A DNA stretch of 64,000 nucleotides from Squalus acanthias (taxonomy: Eukaryota). Below, one piece after another: positions 10,176 to 23,379 of the stretch. The DNA lies in NCBI GenBank assembly GCA_030390025.1, contig CM059432.1, positions 18,044,001-18,108,000 on the forward strand. Direction: 5' to 3'. The number at the start of each line of letters is the position of its first letter. The stretch's first letter is position 1. The position numbers were made by a program, and so were the translations under genes. The notes beneath the pieces are model-generated. The model did no database searches. It had not been told where the DNA came from and saw only the letters and a program-made list of their open reading frames with translations.

Positions 10176-12788
10176 ACATGAATTCCAGTTAACAATCTAA
10201 GCATCTATTTTCTACTGCAAACCAACCCTAACACTACTCCATATAAAACATCTAATACACTCCTATTGCACTGAATAAAGACCAGAGAGTTAATACAAAC
10301 TTAGTAAGTAACCTCTGGATGCTCATCGGTACAAAGCAGATTATTTTTTTTTAAGAAGAAACACTATTCAAACACCACAAAAGTGTCTTTTAATGAATGC
10401 GGGAACTTAATGTGCCGACAATAACAATTCAAGTTATTCAAATGAATTATTCTGACAGAACGTGTGAAATGTTGATAGTCTGCTGGGTCTTTGATTTAAA
10501 AAGTTACTCTCCTTATCTAAAGACCACAAGATGTACAACATGCTGCAGACTATAAGAAATGTGTTTGAATATTATAAACAAACAATGCTGCCAAGCCTTC
10601 AATTCTGGGGATGAGCCAGTGTAACTATCAGCGTGCGTATGCAGGGTACAAGGTCAGACAAATTTACTTCCTTTCCCGTCATTACTATCATTACTACTGC
10701 AAACGTCTTGCGTTCTCTCCACAGGGCTGCAAAATCAAATGATGGATAGGTTGGGACTGTGAAAGAAAACTACATAGGTTTCGCAGAAATTACAAAGAAA
10801 CACTAAATTATCTGTTTTATCTTCCTGGATATTCTATATTGGGCACAATGTACATTTTTAAACATAAAGCTATTTATAGCTGCATCTTAGAATGTGGGCA
10901 TTAAAGGTTCCAAAAATAATTAAATTGCCAGATCAATTCCTACAGTCATTGGCACACCGATAGTCCATTTGCGCATCCACAAGTTGTAGCCGTGTTATGA
11001 CATTCAGGAGTCATCTAAGGATTGGAATCAAATAAGTATTATTTTTCGATTTACATCCCTGCAGTTTGAGTCCATGACGTACCTACATTATATCCACTTT
11101 GCAGAGCTAGGAACGTATATAAAAACCGTAACAGCTGCAGAGCACTGCCCATTATTTCCTAGCAGAAAATACCCAGAGTACAAAGCAACACCGTACATGA
11201 AAAGTTTAGCTTTCCATTTTATTGTTGAAAAGTCCCAAAGTGATGGGCATTTGCTAAAAAAATTTAATTGCTGCATGGCGGCTCATTTCAGAAACTATTA
11301 TTTCATACCTTGCAGGCGCTCAGTCTTTCCGCCTGTCTCATCTTTTCAGAAAACAAAAATCTAGAATTACTGCTCACAAACCTAAGCATATTCTACTAGC
11401 AAGACCACTGGATTAAAAAAAATTCAGATTGTAGTCATCTTCAATGCCATTACTTTAAAAAAAAAGTATGTACAATAAATATGGATCATGAAGTACTTCT
11501 TCCTAAAACAGTAACTTCTAGAAAAAACATACTTCTCTTCATGAGCTTCCTGCTCTTCTATAAATACATGAATTGTACTGCACTTCTAGCCTGCAAAATG
11601 GCTATTAGTACAATGCAAGTAAAATGCAGGCAACAAAAAACTTATGTTTCACAAAGAAATCTTTAAAATTAACTCTTTTCTAGACTAAAGTCACAAAAAC
11701 TAACAGATTTGAAGTGATTTAAAAAACATAATGCTACCCTGAAAGCAATTATACTTACTGTAATACATGCTGAACTTGTCAAACAAATCACATGACCCAA
11801 TGCAGCAGTGTTACTGTTTGTACATTGCCCATGCAGTGAATCACTATGCCAAACAAACTTTGGAAAGTACAACATTAAGGGAGGTCTATACATATTTTCT
11901 CAGACTACATGTGAACTTTGAAGTGCCCTGGAACACTGCCCAAACCACAGTTTGGAATCCATGTCCCCATCTGCAAAATGAGAAAAGGTCCACATGGCGA
12001 ATTTCTGACCTCAAACAAGGGGAACCACTGAAAAGGATTTGAACGTCATTACTGTAACTTGAAGGGAACTGCTGTGCAGTTCTCATTTTCAGCTAGTTAC
12101 GGTCATGTGGAAGTATTTAGAACTAAAATGTCTCACTAGGGAGCCATTGCCATGTACCGTCAGTCTTGAGAAAGGCCCTCGTCAAATACTGAAGGTTTTG
12201 TTAATCTAACAGGAGTCACGGAGCTGACATTGCTTGCTACAGTGTCACATCTACTTAGCAGTACATCCAAGGATACCCACAAGTTTAGTTCCCATAAATT
12301 CATGGGATGTTACAGTTCAGGAATTAATCTTAAAGCAATCTTACATTAAATATTATAAATGGATATGTATCCAAAATACACATTTTAAATCTATTCCAAT
12401 ACTATAATATACAGTGCACTCAGAATCCGCTGCCCTTTCCCCATACCCTTTTAAAATGTTGTTTTATAAATATTTATCCACTTCCCTTTTAAAAAAATTG
12501 CTTCCACCATTATTTCTGATAGGGCATTCCAAACTTCTCCCTTCATTTTTTTGGCCGTGACCTTAAATTTATACCGTCTAGTTACCAATTCACTGACCAG
12601 TAAAAAGATTTTTGTTTTATATTTGCCTCATCAAAACATTTCTAGTTTGAACACGTCGATCAGATTGTTTTAATGAGCCCCAGTTTCTCTAGTTTCTCAT
12701 TTCTACCATCCTAGTAAACCTCTGCCTCTCCATGGTCTTGACACCCTTCTTAAATTGAACGCTCCCCCCCCAAAAAAAGGGACACAAT

Positions 12789-13531
12789 GGCCCAGATATT
12801 CCGATCCCTACGGGTGAGTACGCGCTGTGTACCCACCTGTAGGGACATCGGAAATGCCAGTTTCAAGCATGCACAGCGCATGCGCTGAAAACCAGCATTT
12901 CCGATCTATCAACAATGGTCTTGACAGATCCTCCGGCTGCCCTGGAGAAGGGCCTCTGCGGGCGGATAGTTCCGCTTTTTGGAGACCCTCCGCCCGCAGA
13001 AAACCCTTACAATTCTTACGCCTGGTAAAAGCAGGCGTAAGGCCTGCTTTTACCAGGATAAGAGTTGAAAAAGGTAATTAAAAAAAAAAATTTCACTGAT
13101 TTATCATTTAAAAATACTTTAAAAAAAAGTTAAGTTTCTTTTTAGCCCGGTAAAAAAACTTGAATTATTTTTTTCAAAAAATTACATTTTTGTTTAAAAT
13201 ACTTAATTTATTGTAATTTCAAGTCATTTTAAAAATGTGATTTTTTAAAAATTTATTTAAAGTTTTACTATGTTTTTGGGGTGATCTCCATTCATATATT
13301 TGACAGGTCTTCCTGTCAAGTGTATGAAGGGAGATTCCCTTCTTTGATTGGCTCCCCATGGCCCACGTGATCCCAGGGACGCTGCGAACTACCTGCGCCT
13401 CTGGGATACGTGGGCCCTGCACACTTGCGTGAGGCCCAGGAGCGGAAGCGTGTGCGTCCCGGGAGCCCTCAGGTAAGGGCGTAGATTTTTCCAGATCGCA
13501 GGCCTCCACCTGCGATCGGAAAATACGGGCC
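12789..13531. mobile_element. PIF/Harbinger-type MITE
   Basis: TIRs GGCCCAGATATTCCGATC and GATCGGAAAATACGGGCC; 3-bp TSD AAT/AAT; AT-rich core. Confidence 0.85.
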
Positions 13532-13724
13532 AATATTCTAATTATGGTCTAACCAATGATTTGTATAGGTTTGTCACCTTTTTGCTTTTGCACTCTCTCT
13601 CCTCCGAAAATCTAGCATACTATATGCTTTAAAAAAAAGCTTATTCCCCATTTTGAAGATGAGTACTTGAAACCGCAAGTCTCTCTTTTCTACTACTGCT
13701 TTAAAGTTTAACCATTTAACGTAT

Positions 13725-14459
13725 GGGCCAGATTTTGCAGTCAGCGACGAATGTTACACTTGCACTTGCCTATACACTTTTTAAGTGGGCTTTTGCACTG
13801 GAAGTTCCTGTCAGCCAACTATCAAAAAAGTGCAGCGCCCTCTATAGAGTATCTAGGACCTGCATGAACAGGGAGAGCAACTGTGCATCACCTTAACCAA
13901 TCAAATTGAAGAATCGTTAATGAGCAGCAGAGAGTCTGAACCAGGAAGTGTCAATTATAATTGTTAATTCAATATCAAATCAGGTACAGAAAATGAAATA
14001 ATGCGAGGGAAAGAAAGATTGGATTGAGAGAAATGAAAGAAAAAGTTGAAATTATTTTAATTTTTAAAAAATCTCCAATAATTAAAATCTGAGGGAAAGA
14101 GACTCCACACTTGAAGTTAATTTTCAGTGCCAGAGAGGTTATTTGGCAGTAATGAAGACTTGCTACACTGTTAAAAGGGTACTTACACTAGAATGTACAA
14201 GCCCTAACTTGTTCTGGCGAGTTAAGTTCGTATCTACTACAATAACTTCACACGGTTCCATGTATTTCAATGGTAAGTCTCTCGGCGAGATACCGTTATC
14301 ACGCAGTTTCTGAAGGAGCAGGGCATCTCGAACAGCAACTTCCTGATTTCCACGTTTAACTGCGCACGTGTGGTCGCTGGAAGCTGTTGTCCGATTTGCA
14401 CATAAATAACGGTGAGCGCAGTTAGCCTCACCATTATTTTATACCACAAACCCCGGCCC
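13725..14459. mobile_element. PIF/Harbinger-type MITE (older)
   Basis: Imperfect TIRs GGGCCAGATTTTGC and CCACAAACCCCGGCCC; flanks TAT/TGT. Confidence 0.65.
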
Positions 14460-14582
14460 TGTATTTCCTCATTATTCTCAAAATGCATCACATCTCATTT
14501 CTCCAGATTAAATTTCACCTGACATCATCTGTCCAATGTACTAACCTGTCTATATCCTTTTGATGTCGCTTGCAATTCTATT

Positions 14583-17500
14583 AGAAACATAGAAGATAGG
14601 AGCAGGAGTAGGCCATTCGGCCCCTCTAGCCTGCTCCGCCATTTAATGAGATCATGGCTGATCATCCAAATTCAGTACCCTGTCCCTGCTTTCTCCCCAT
14701 ATCGCTTGATCCCTTTAGCCTTAAGAAATATATCTAACTCCTTCTTGAATATATTTAATGAATTAGCCTCAACTGCCTTCTGTGGTAGAGAATTCCACAG
14801 GTTCACCACTCTCTGGGTGAAGAAATTCCTCCTCATCTCAGTCCTAAATGGCTTACCCCTTATCCTTAGACTGTGACCCTTAGTTCTGGACTCCCCCGCC
14901 ATCGGGAACATCCTTCCTGCATCTAGTCTGTCTAGTCCTGTTAGAATTTTATAAGTTTCAATGAGATCCCCTCTCATTCTTCTAAACTCTAGTGAATATA
15001 AGCCCAATCGACCCAATCTCTTCTCATACGTCATTCCTGCCATCCCAGGTATCAGTCTGGTGAATCTTCGCTGCACTCCCTCCATGGCAAGAACATCCTT
15101 CCTCAGATAAGGCGACCAAAACGGCACACAATACTCAAGGTGTGGTCTCACCAAGGCCTTGTACAACTGCAGCAAGACATCCTTGCTCCTGTACTCGAAT
15201 CCTCTCGCTATGAAGGCCAACATACCATTTACCTTCTTAACCGCCTGCTGCACCTGCATGCTTACCTTCAGCGACTGGTGCACAAGGATACCCAGGTCTC
15301 GTTGCACTTCCCCTTCTCCCAATCTATTGCCGTTCAGATAATAGTCTGTCTTTCTGTTTTTGCCACCAAAGTGGATAACCTCGCATTTATCCACAATATA
15401 CTGCATCTGCCATGTATCTGCCCAATCACCTGTCCAAATCATACTGGAGTTTCTCTGCATCCTCCTCACAGCACACACACCCACCCAGCTTTGTGTCGTC
15501 CGCAAACTTGGAGATATTACATCTAGTCCCCTCGTCTAGATCATTAATATATATTGTGAATAGCTGAGGACCTAGCACTGATCCCTGCGGTACCCCACTA
15601 GTCACTGCCTGCCAATCGGAAAAAGACCCGTTTATTCCAACTCTTTGCTTCCTGTCTGCCAACCAGTTTTCTATCCAAGTCAGTACCTTACCCCCAATCC
15701 CATGTGCTTTAACTTTGCATGCTAATCTGTTATGCGGGACCTTATCGAAAGCCTTCCGAAAGTCCAAATACACCACATCCACTGGTTCTCCCTTATCTAT
15801 TCTACCAGTTACATCCTCAAAAAATTCCAGATTAGTCAAGCACGATTTACCTTTTGTAAATCCATGTTGACTTTGTCTGATCCTGTCACTGTTTTCCAAG
15901 TGCTCTACTATTACATCTTTTATAATGGACTCTAGCATTTTCCCCACTACCGATGTCAGGCTTACCGGTAGAATTCCCCGTTTTCTTTCTACCACCTTTT
16001 TTAAATAGTGGGGTTACATTAGCTACCCTCCAATCCATGGGAACTGTGCCAGAGTCTAGAGTGTTTTGGAAGATGACCAGCAATGCATCTACTATTTCTA
16101 GGGCCACTTCCTTAAGTGTCTTAGGATGTAGATTATCAGGCCCTGGGGATTTATCGGCCTTCAATCCCGTCAATTTCCCTAACGCCTATTCCCTACAAAT
16201 ACTGATTTCACTCAGTTCCTCCCTCTCATTAGACCCTATGTTCCCCAACATCTCTGGGAGGTTATTTGTGTCCTCCTTTGTGAAGACAGAACCAAAGTAT
16301 GTATTTAATTGGTCAGCCATTTCTTTGTTCCCTATTATAAATTCCCCTGATTCTGACTGCAAGGGACCTACGCTTGACTTCACCAATCTTTCTCTTCACA
16401 TAACTATAGAAGCTTTTACAGTCAGTTTTTATGTTCCCTGCAAGCTTACTCTCGTACTCTATTTTCCCCCTCTTAATTAATTCTTTTGTCCTCCTTTGCT
16501 GAATCCTAAACTGCTCCCAATCCTCAGGTTTGCTGCTTTTTCTGGCCAATTTATATGTCCTCTCCTTGGATCTTATGCTATCACTAATTTCCTTCGTTAG
16601 CCACGGTTGCGCCTCCTTTTTTGTTTTATTTTTATGCCAGACAGGGATGAACAAACTCTGTAGTTCATCCATGCGATCTTTAAATGTTTGCCATTGCCTA
16701 TCCACCGTCAACCCTTTAAGTAACGTTCCCCAATCCATCCTAGCCAACTCGCGCCTCATACCATCGTAGTTTCCTTTATTTAAATTCAGGACCCTAGTCT
16801 CGGAGTCAACTACTTCACTCTCCATCTTAATGAAGAATTCTATCATATTATGATCGCTCCTCCCCAAGGGGCCTCGCAGAAGAAGATTGCTAATCAATCC
16901 TTTCTCATTGCATAATACCCAGTCTAAGATGGCCTGATCTCTAGTTGGTTCCTTGACATATTGGTCCAGGAAACCATCCCGTATACACTCTAGGAATTCC
17001 TCCGCCACAGTATTGTTACTAATTTGGTTAGCCCAATCTATATGTAGATTAAAGTCACCCATGATAACTGCTGTGCCCTTATTGCACGCGTCTCTAATTT
17101 CCCGTTTAATGCCATCCCCAACCTCAGCATTACTGTTTGGGGGTCTGCATTCAACTCCCACTAACGTTTTCTGCCCATTGGTATTTCTCAGCTCTACCCA
17201 TACAGATTCCACATCATCAGAGCCAATATCCTTCCTTACAATTGTGTTAATCTCCTCTTTACCCAGCAATGCTACCCCACCTCCTTTTCCTTTTTGCCTG
17301 TCCTTCCTGAATATTGAATACCCCTGGATGTTGAATTCCCAGCCTTGGTCGTCCTGGAGCCATGTCTCCGTAATCCCAATTATATCATATCCGTTTACAT
17401 CTATTTGCGCAGCTAATTCGTCCACCTTATTACGAATGCTCCTCGCATTAAGACACAAAGCCTTCAAGCTTGTTTTGTTTTTTTAACACTCAGTCCTTTT

Positions 17501-18022
17501 ATAATTATTATTTACTGTGGTCCTGTTTGATTTACACCCTTGATTTCTCTGCCTTCCACTTTTGCTTTTCTCCTTCCTGTCTTTTGCTTCTATCCTTGCT
17601 TCCCTTTCCTCTGTTTCCCTGCATTGGTTCCCAACCCCCTGCCATTTTAGTTTAAACCCTCCCCAACAGCACTAGCAAACACTCCCCCTAGGACATCGGT
17701 CCTGGTGCTGCCCAGGTGCAAACCGTCCAGTTTGTACTGGTCCCACCTCCCCTAGAACTGGTTCCAATGTCCCAGGAATTTGAATCCCTCCCCCTTGCAC
17801 CATTCCTCTAGCCACATATTCATCTGAAATATCCTTCTATTTCTACTCTGACTAGCACGTGGCACTGGTAGCAATCCTGAGATTACTACCTTTGAGGTCC
17901 TATTTTTTAAATTTACCCACTAACTCGCTATATTCAGCTTTTAGGACCTCATCCCATATTTTACCTACATCGTTGGTACCTATATGCACCACGACAGCTG
18001 GCTGTTCACCCTCCCCCTCCAG
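14583..18022 (-). mobile_element. Near full-length CR1 LINE (ORF1 C-terminal remnant, complete but frameshifted ORF2, 3' tail)
   Basis: APE domain (LNARSIRNK...GITETWL...GDFN...SDH) and RT (QSQHGF...DFRKAFDKV...[10 protein letters not shown]...FADDTKL). ORF1 esterase-like remnant at about 17650-18000 (VVHIGTNDV...VISGLLPVP...DGLHL). Confidence 0.96.
14672..17467 (-). pseudogene. CR1 ORF2 (endonuclease-reverse transcriptase), broken by at least 4 frameshifts or stops
   Basis: Consecutive ORF-track pieces 17467-16313, 16386-16186, 16173-15886, 15995-15426 and 15505-14672 in changing frames. Confidence 0.93.
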
Positions 18023-18726
18023 AATTAAGTTAACCGTTCCCTATTTGTGTCATTTACAGACACTCCTGTCTGAAAAACATTGATTAACCAATACTATTTT
18101 CTGCTCTTTAATCAACTTCTTATACATGCAGCCATGTGTGCTTCTAACTTACCAACAAGCCGTAGTCTCGTATGTAGCTCCTTGTCAAATGCCTTTAGAA
18201 AATCTATATATTACAACATTTATTGCCTTTCCTTTATCAATACACTCCATTAATTCCTTAAAGAACTCTTAAACTTGTAACATTTGAATTACCTTTTTGC
18301 AAACCTGTGCTGGCTATCTTTAATTAAGCCATCTCTATCTAAGTGTGTAATACCTTTATCTTGTATTATGGCCCTTAGAATCTTATCCACTACCTTTAGT
18401 TTGACTGCATGACAGTTATCCTGTTTATCCATATCTCACTTCTTGAAATAGAGATGTTATGTTGGCAGAATTCTAGTCTCCTTGTAGAACTTCCAAATCC
18501 AAGGATGTTTGGAAGATTGTGGTCAGAGACTATTATTTCCTGATTTCTATCCATTCTAGAAGCCTGTCAATAGGGCCCAGTGCCTTTTCCATTTTGAGTA
18601 CCACCAATTTTGCCAGTACTACTTCCTTATCTAAAATTATTCAATTTAATATTGCCCAATCCTCCTTTTGTACCCTTTAATTCCCACTACCACATTCTTG
18701 TGAAAATAAAAGAGTACTCATTCAGT

Positions 18727-19080
18727 TTTTTTTAATTCATGGGATGTCGGTGTCGCTGGCACGTCCAGCATTTAATGCCCGTGGTAAGCTGCCTTCTTGA
18801 ACCGCTGCAGTCCATGTGGTGAAGATACTCCCACAGTGCTGTTAGGGAGTTGCAGGATTTTGACCCAGCGATGATGAAGGAATGGCGATATATTTCCAAG
18901 TCAGGATGGTGTACGACTTGGAGGGGAACTTGTCGGTGATGGGGTTCCCATGCGTATGCTGCCCTTATCCTTCTAGGTGGTAGAGGTCGTGGGTTTGGGA
19001 GATGCTGTCGAAGAAGCCTTGGTGAGTTACTGCAGTGCATCTTGTAGATGATACACACTGCAGCCACGGTGTGCTTGTGG
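18727..19080 (-). mobile_element. 3' fragment of the same LINE family as 40659-43591
   Basis: Minus strand reads HTVAAVCIIYKMHCSNSPRLLRQHLP and ends ...ccagcgacaccgacatcccatgaattaaaaaa, like 43320-43591. Confidence 0.88.
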
Positions 19081-20469
19081 GGTATCTCTGCCATCCCTTC
19101 ATCCTACACAAGATTATTTCCTTTATCTCTAATCTGCTCTACAGTTTCTTCAGCTATTTTTGCTTTGTGTTGATAAAATCTTAATACTTTCCTTTACGTT
19201 TCCTGTCAGTCTTTATTCATGCCCCTTTAGCTTTTCCAATCTATTTTTGCTTCTCTATTTTTCTATATTTTGCTTGATTTTCTTGTCTTACAAGCCATAG
19301 ATTTTTCATATGCCTTGAAGCCTCATTTTAATTGCTCTACTCATCCAAGGAATTCCAGTTTTCACTGCACTCATTTTACTTCTTTTGGGAATACCTGGTT
19401 TTCACCCTCAGCCTGCTGAAATATTTCCCATCGTCTTAGCTGCCATTTCTTCTTTTTAATTTATCTAGGCTAGTTCCACTCCCCCTTTCTATCCACACAG
19501 AATACCATAAACAGCATACACATACAGGAACCAGTACCAAGACAAAAATCTCACGAATATCACATTTCTGCACCTGATTCACGCAGCCAGCTTGTGCAGG
19601 AAATGGCCATCGATCACACAGATAGTTCTAAGTCAGCAAGCTGGCAGTACCACAAACAGCAGAGCCACAAACTATTCTGCATATGCTTCATACCACCATC
19701 CCAAGACATTATACTGAGGTTGCAGCCATTACTGGCATTTGTCACATTTCCCTGCTCTTATGGCTAATCTCATTATTTACTTACAGCTGATCTGTTAATT
19801 TATTTTTGGGAACGAAACTACTTTTCTTCTGCCAAGCATAGAATTTACATCAATTCCTTGATGCAATCCACTAAACTAAACATAATTATTTTCCACTGTA
19901 ATAGGCCTTTCCTCAAAATTATCTATTAGATTTTGGCGCCATATACCAGAGAACTTTATCCAAGGCTTTAAGTTTAAAAGAGCTGACTCTAACTATGCTG
20001 TGCACCTAATGGCTGTGGGGTGTGTGTCTTGAACAAAGGCAGAAAGGGCTTTGAATTCTGGTCTAGGTTAACCGATTTCAGCCACAACAGTAATGATGCA
20101 CCAAAACTGGCTGCAGATTAGAATGGGAGGAAAATGTCAGCATTCCTAACCAAGAGTGACCGTGACAAGAAGTACACATGCATCGATGTCGAGTAAGAAT
20201 AGGGTCTGGCTCGGCTGCAATAAGTTCCATACTGAAATGACCTGTCTAGGCTCATACATGAAGAATAGCCAATTTAAACGAGGTCCTGTAGGGTTGCCCC
20301 ACTATCCCAGAGTTAAGACACGAAAATTAAATATCTAGTGTTCGCATTCTGGTCACTAACCTGTGATCTCTGCTGGCAATTGAGTGAGAACAGAATTGGG
20401 TTCAGCTGTGATATCACCCCTTACTCTAAAAAAGGTCAAATTGCCTGCTGACAGCTGGGAAATGACTGT

Positions 20470-21205
20470 TAGGGGGAGGAGGGAGAAGAGGGGGAAGAGG
20501 GGGAGGAAGAGGGGGAAGAGGAGGGGGAAGAGGGGGAAGAGGAGGGGGAAGAGGGGAGGGGGAAGAGGGGAGGGGGAAGAGNNNNNNNNNNNNNNNNNNN
20601 NNNNNNNNNNNNNNNNNNNNNNNNNNNNNNNNNNNNNNNNNNNNNNNNNNNNNNNNNNNNNNNNNNNNNNNNNNNNNNNNNNNNNNNNNNNNNNNNNNNN
20701 NNNNNNNNNNNNNNNNNNNNNNNNNNNNNNNNNNNNNNNNNNNNNNNNNNNNNNNNNNNNNNNNNNNNNNNNNNNNNNNNNNNNNNNNNNNNNNNNNNNN
20801 NNNNNNNNNNNNNNNNNNNNNNNNNNNNNNNNNNNNNNNNNNNNNNNNNNNNNNNNNNNNNNNNNNNNNNNNNNNNNNNNNNNNNNNNNNNNNNNNNNNN
20901 NNNNNNNNNNNNNNNNNNNNNNNNNNNNNNNNNNNNNNNNNNNNNNNNNNNNNNNNNNNNNNNNNNNNNNNNNNNNNNNNNNNNNNNNNNNNNNNNNNNN
21001 NNNNNNNNNNNNNNNNNNNNNNNNNNNNNNNNNNNNNNNNNNNNNNNNNNNNNNNNNNNNNNNNNNNNNNNNNNNNNNNNNGGGAGGAAAAAAAAAGGAG
21101 GGTGGGCTGCTACTACTCTTGGACACGTACCCCAGCACAGGTCAATTTCTTAAGGGAAGGGGGGGAGGGAGGGGGGGAGGGGGGGGAAAGGGGAGAAAGA
21201 GAAAA
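20470..21205. repeat. Purine-rich (GAGGGGGAA-like) simple repeat flanking a 500-N assembly gap (20582-21081)
   Basis: Seen directly. Confidence 0.95.
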
Positions 21206-21555
21206 CCAAATGTGTAAATTATTGAACTATGGTTTAAATTTTGCAATGCTTATGCCCATTTCTGCACAGTACCAGTGTGCAAGACACAGAAGAAGCTAGT
21301 AAAAAAAAAGTTCCTTGTAAGTATTTGAAGGTACCCAGATCCTAGTCAAAAAGTATCCAACAGGAAAACATGCAGAGCATCGCCAACGGGTAGCTGGAAT
21401 TTTTAAAGAGCATGTTAAAAAGGAGAGAAAAATAAAGGCAATTGATTGCGTTTATTACATAGTTCTTGCCTGCAGCTGGAAAGCAATCCATGGTTTACAA
21501 CTGCTTTACAGGGATGTTAAATTTCTCCTCTTCACCCTATTTCACTTTCCATATA

Positions 21556-21961
21556 CAGGAAACTCTTTATTAACCGGCACCGACGGGACCGGCGTGGTGC
21601 CGGTTTATCGAAAGTGCCGGATAACGGAGAGTTATATCTACCGAGGCTATTTTTAACAAAGAAAAATAAATAAATAAAGAAATGTGCAGTATACTTCCGA
21701 CAGCGCCAGGAGGCCGAGTAGTGGCACTTTTGAAAACTACCCCTACTGACTAAATCGGCGTTCGCGGACTCGGACTTGGACTCGGGATCGGCAACATTGC
21801 CGGTTATTTGAGAGGAGTTTTCCGAGTACTCGGCGTTCGCGGAGACTCGACTGCGACTCGGCAACATTGCCGGTTATTTGAGAGGAGTTTTCGGAGGATG
21901 ATTTTTGCCGGTTAAGCGAGAATTCCGGATATTTGGGTGCCGGATAAACAAAAGTTTCCTG
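21556..21961. mobile_element. Tigger/pogo-like MITE, near-identical inverted copy of 31290-31714
   Basis: CAGGAAACT...AGTTTCCTG TIRs; TA TSD; internal duplication of ggcaacattgccggttatttgagaggagttttc. Confidence 0.92.
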
Positions 21962-22059
21962 TACCACCTCGTGGTGTGCAGTCAGCTCTCGGACTTCTGC
22001 TAATCCTACTCTTCAGCAAACCACTAAGAGGCACATTACACATGTCAGTGAAGATTCTC

Positions 22060-22215
22060 CAATTTTTAACTTCCACTATGATCCCATTCCTGATCTGTCC
22101 AGTGATCCTGCTGGAAATCACGTGCGACATCACGTTAGGACAGGATCAGGTTGAACTGTGATGCCTCAAATACCCTCCAGACACTCACCGTCTGAACTCA
22201 TTTGTGAAGAGTGAT
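22060..22215 (+). repeat. Old dispersed SINE-like repeat (other fragments near 772-840, 20040-20300, 20345-20470, 23000-23070, 40585-40645 + 43595-43662, 62290-62410)
   Basis: Shared motifs cctgatc..tccagtgac.cctgctggaa, gtgaggacaggatc and cactcactgtctaggctcac recur at these sites. Confidence 0.6.
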
Positions 22216-23179
22216 GCTTGATCACAGAAACACAGCTGAAATTGGGAATTCAGTGGCGCCATTGGGTGAGCAAAGGGGAGGGTAAAAAGAAACAGAGAAG
22301 CAACCAGTGTACCTTTACTTAGCAGTATTGTGCACTGGTGCATCACCATCTTAAGTTGCTGACTCTACAGACTGCATACACTGATAAAAAAAAGTGTATG
22401 CGAACACCTGTTAAGTGGAAGAAACACTATCTATCCTGCTCATTGCCAGTGCTATATACACAGGTTAAGTTAAAATAAAATAAGTGTAGTGTCAGTGCTC
22501 CACTTTGGAAACTTGAAATGTGTGCATGTGAAGACAAATATGCTACTCAAAATGCACACTGCATTTTCATCTATTCTATAATGTATGTTGGGACAATAAT
22601 TTAAAAAAAAACAGGTTTTCCAACATTCAGAACAAGAATATAAAATCAAGTCTAGACTTATCTAATGTGCCAGATTGAGAGTTCAGTTAATTGGTAAACT
22701 CCAGATTTCTATTTTAAGCAACCTTTTAACCAGAGGAAGGCAGCTAGTTTAAAACAATGCCACTCCAGATTATTCGATAAATTTAACTTACGAGTTACTG
22801 AACACTGAACATGCATATCCTAGTTCAGAACAAACCAGTGTTCAGAAGAATAGACTTTCAGGTTCTTCCATTATCCGATGGCGAAATTCAAACAGATGAG
22901 CAACTTATACCATTTCAAAATATTTTAGCAAAATTACACCATTGTTACTAAAAAGGATATTTATGCTCCACTAATTGCTCAACTCAATAAGACATTGAGC
23001 AGCTCAGCCATATAGACCATAAGCTCCAAGGTTTCATCTACAATCTACACAGAGTTATCTTCTATTGAGGTTGGGTGCGCGAGCGGGTGGGCGTGAGGGG
23101 AGGAAGGAGCGGGAGCAAGGAGCAGAGGGAGGGAGGGAGGAAGGAAGCAGCACAGAGAGAGCACACCCAGGAATTGCAC

Positions 23180-23379
23180 CGCTACTATAATTATACTTGG
23201 CATGTTTCATGGGTCAAGATGCGATATAGGAACTTACTGGGAATATAAAGATGATAGAATGGGGACTAAATATTGTCTGCATGCTGTGGTCCAATTATTT
23301 TCCTGCTGTTTAACCCCACTTCACCAGAAGACTAGTTGCTTTTGACTCCTCATGTGCAATGCCAAGGGAGATCAACTAG
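23180..23379 (+). mobile_element. Non-autonomous Helitron copy 2 (partial)
   Basis: Ends gactcctcatgtgcaatgccaagggagatcaaCTAG|T; about 130 bp align to copies 1 and 3. Confidence 0.65.

Larger units (their letters stand above)
12430..19480 (-). mobile_element. Old CR1 split by later insertions (pieces at about 12430-12788, 13532-13724, 14460-14582, 18023-18725, 19080-19480)
   Basis: Degenerate, colinear CR1 ORF2 segments (for example gtcaaatgcctttagaaaatctatata, i.e. YIDFLKAFD on the minus strand) lie between the younger elements. Confidence 0.6.

Noticed and set aside
14672..17467. Active CR1 ORF2
   Set aside because: Multiple frameshifts or stops, and ORF1 is truncated.
20356..21217. 260-aa and 277-aa ORFs
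   Set aside because: Artefacts of the 500-N gap and a simple purine repeat.
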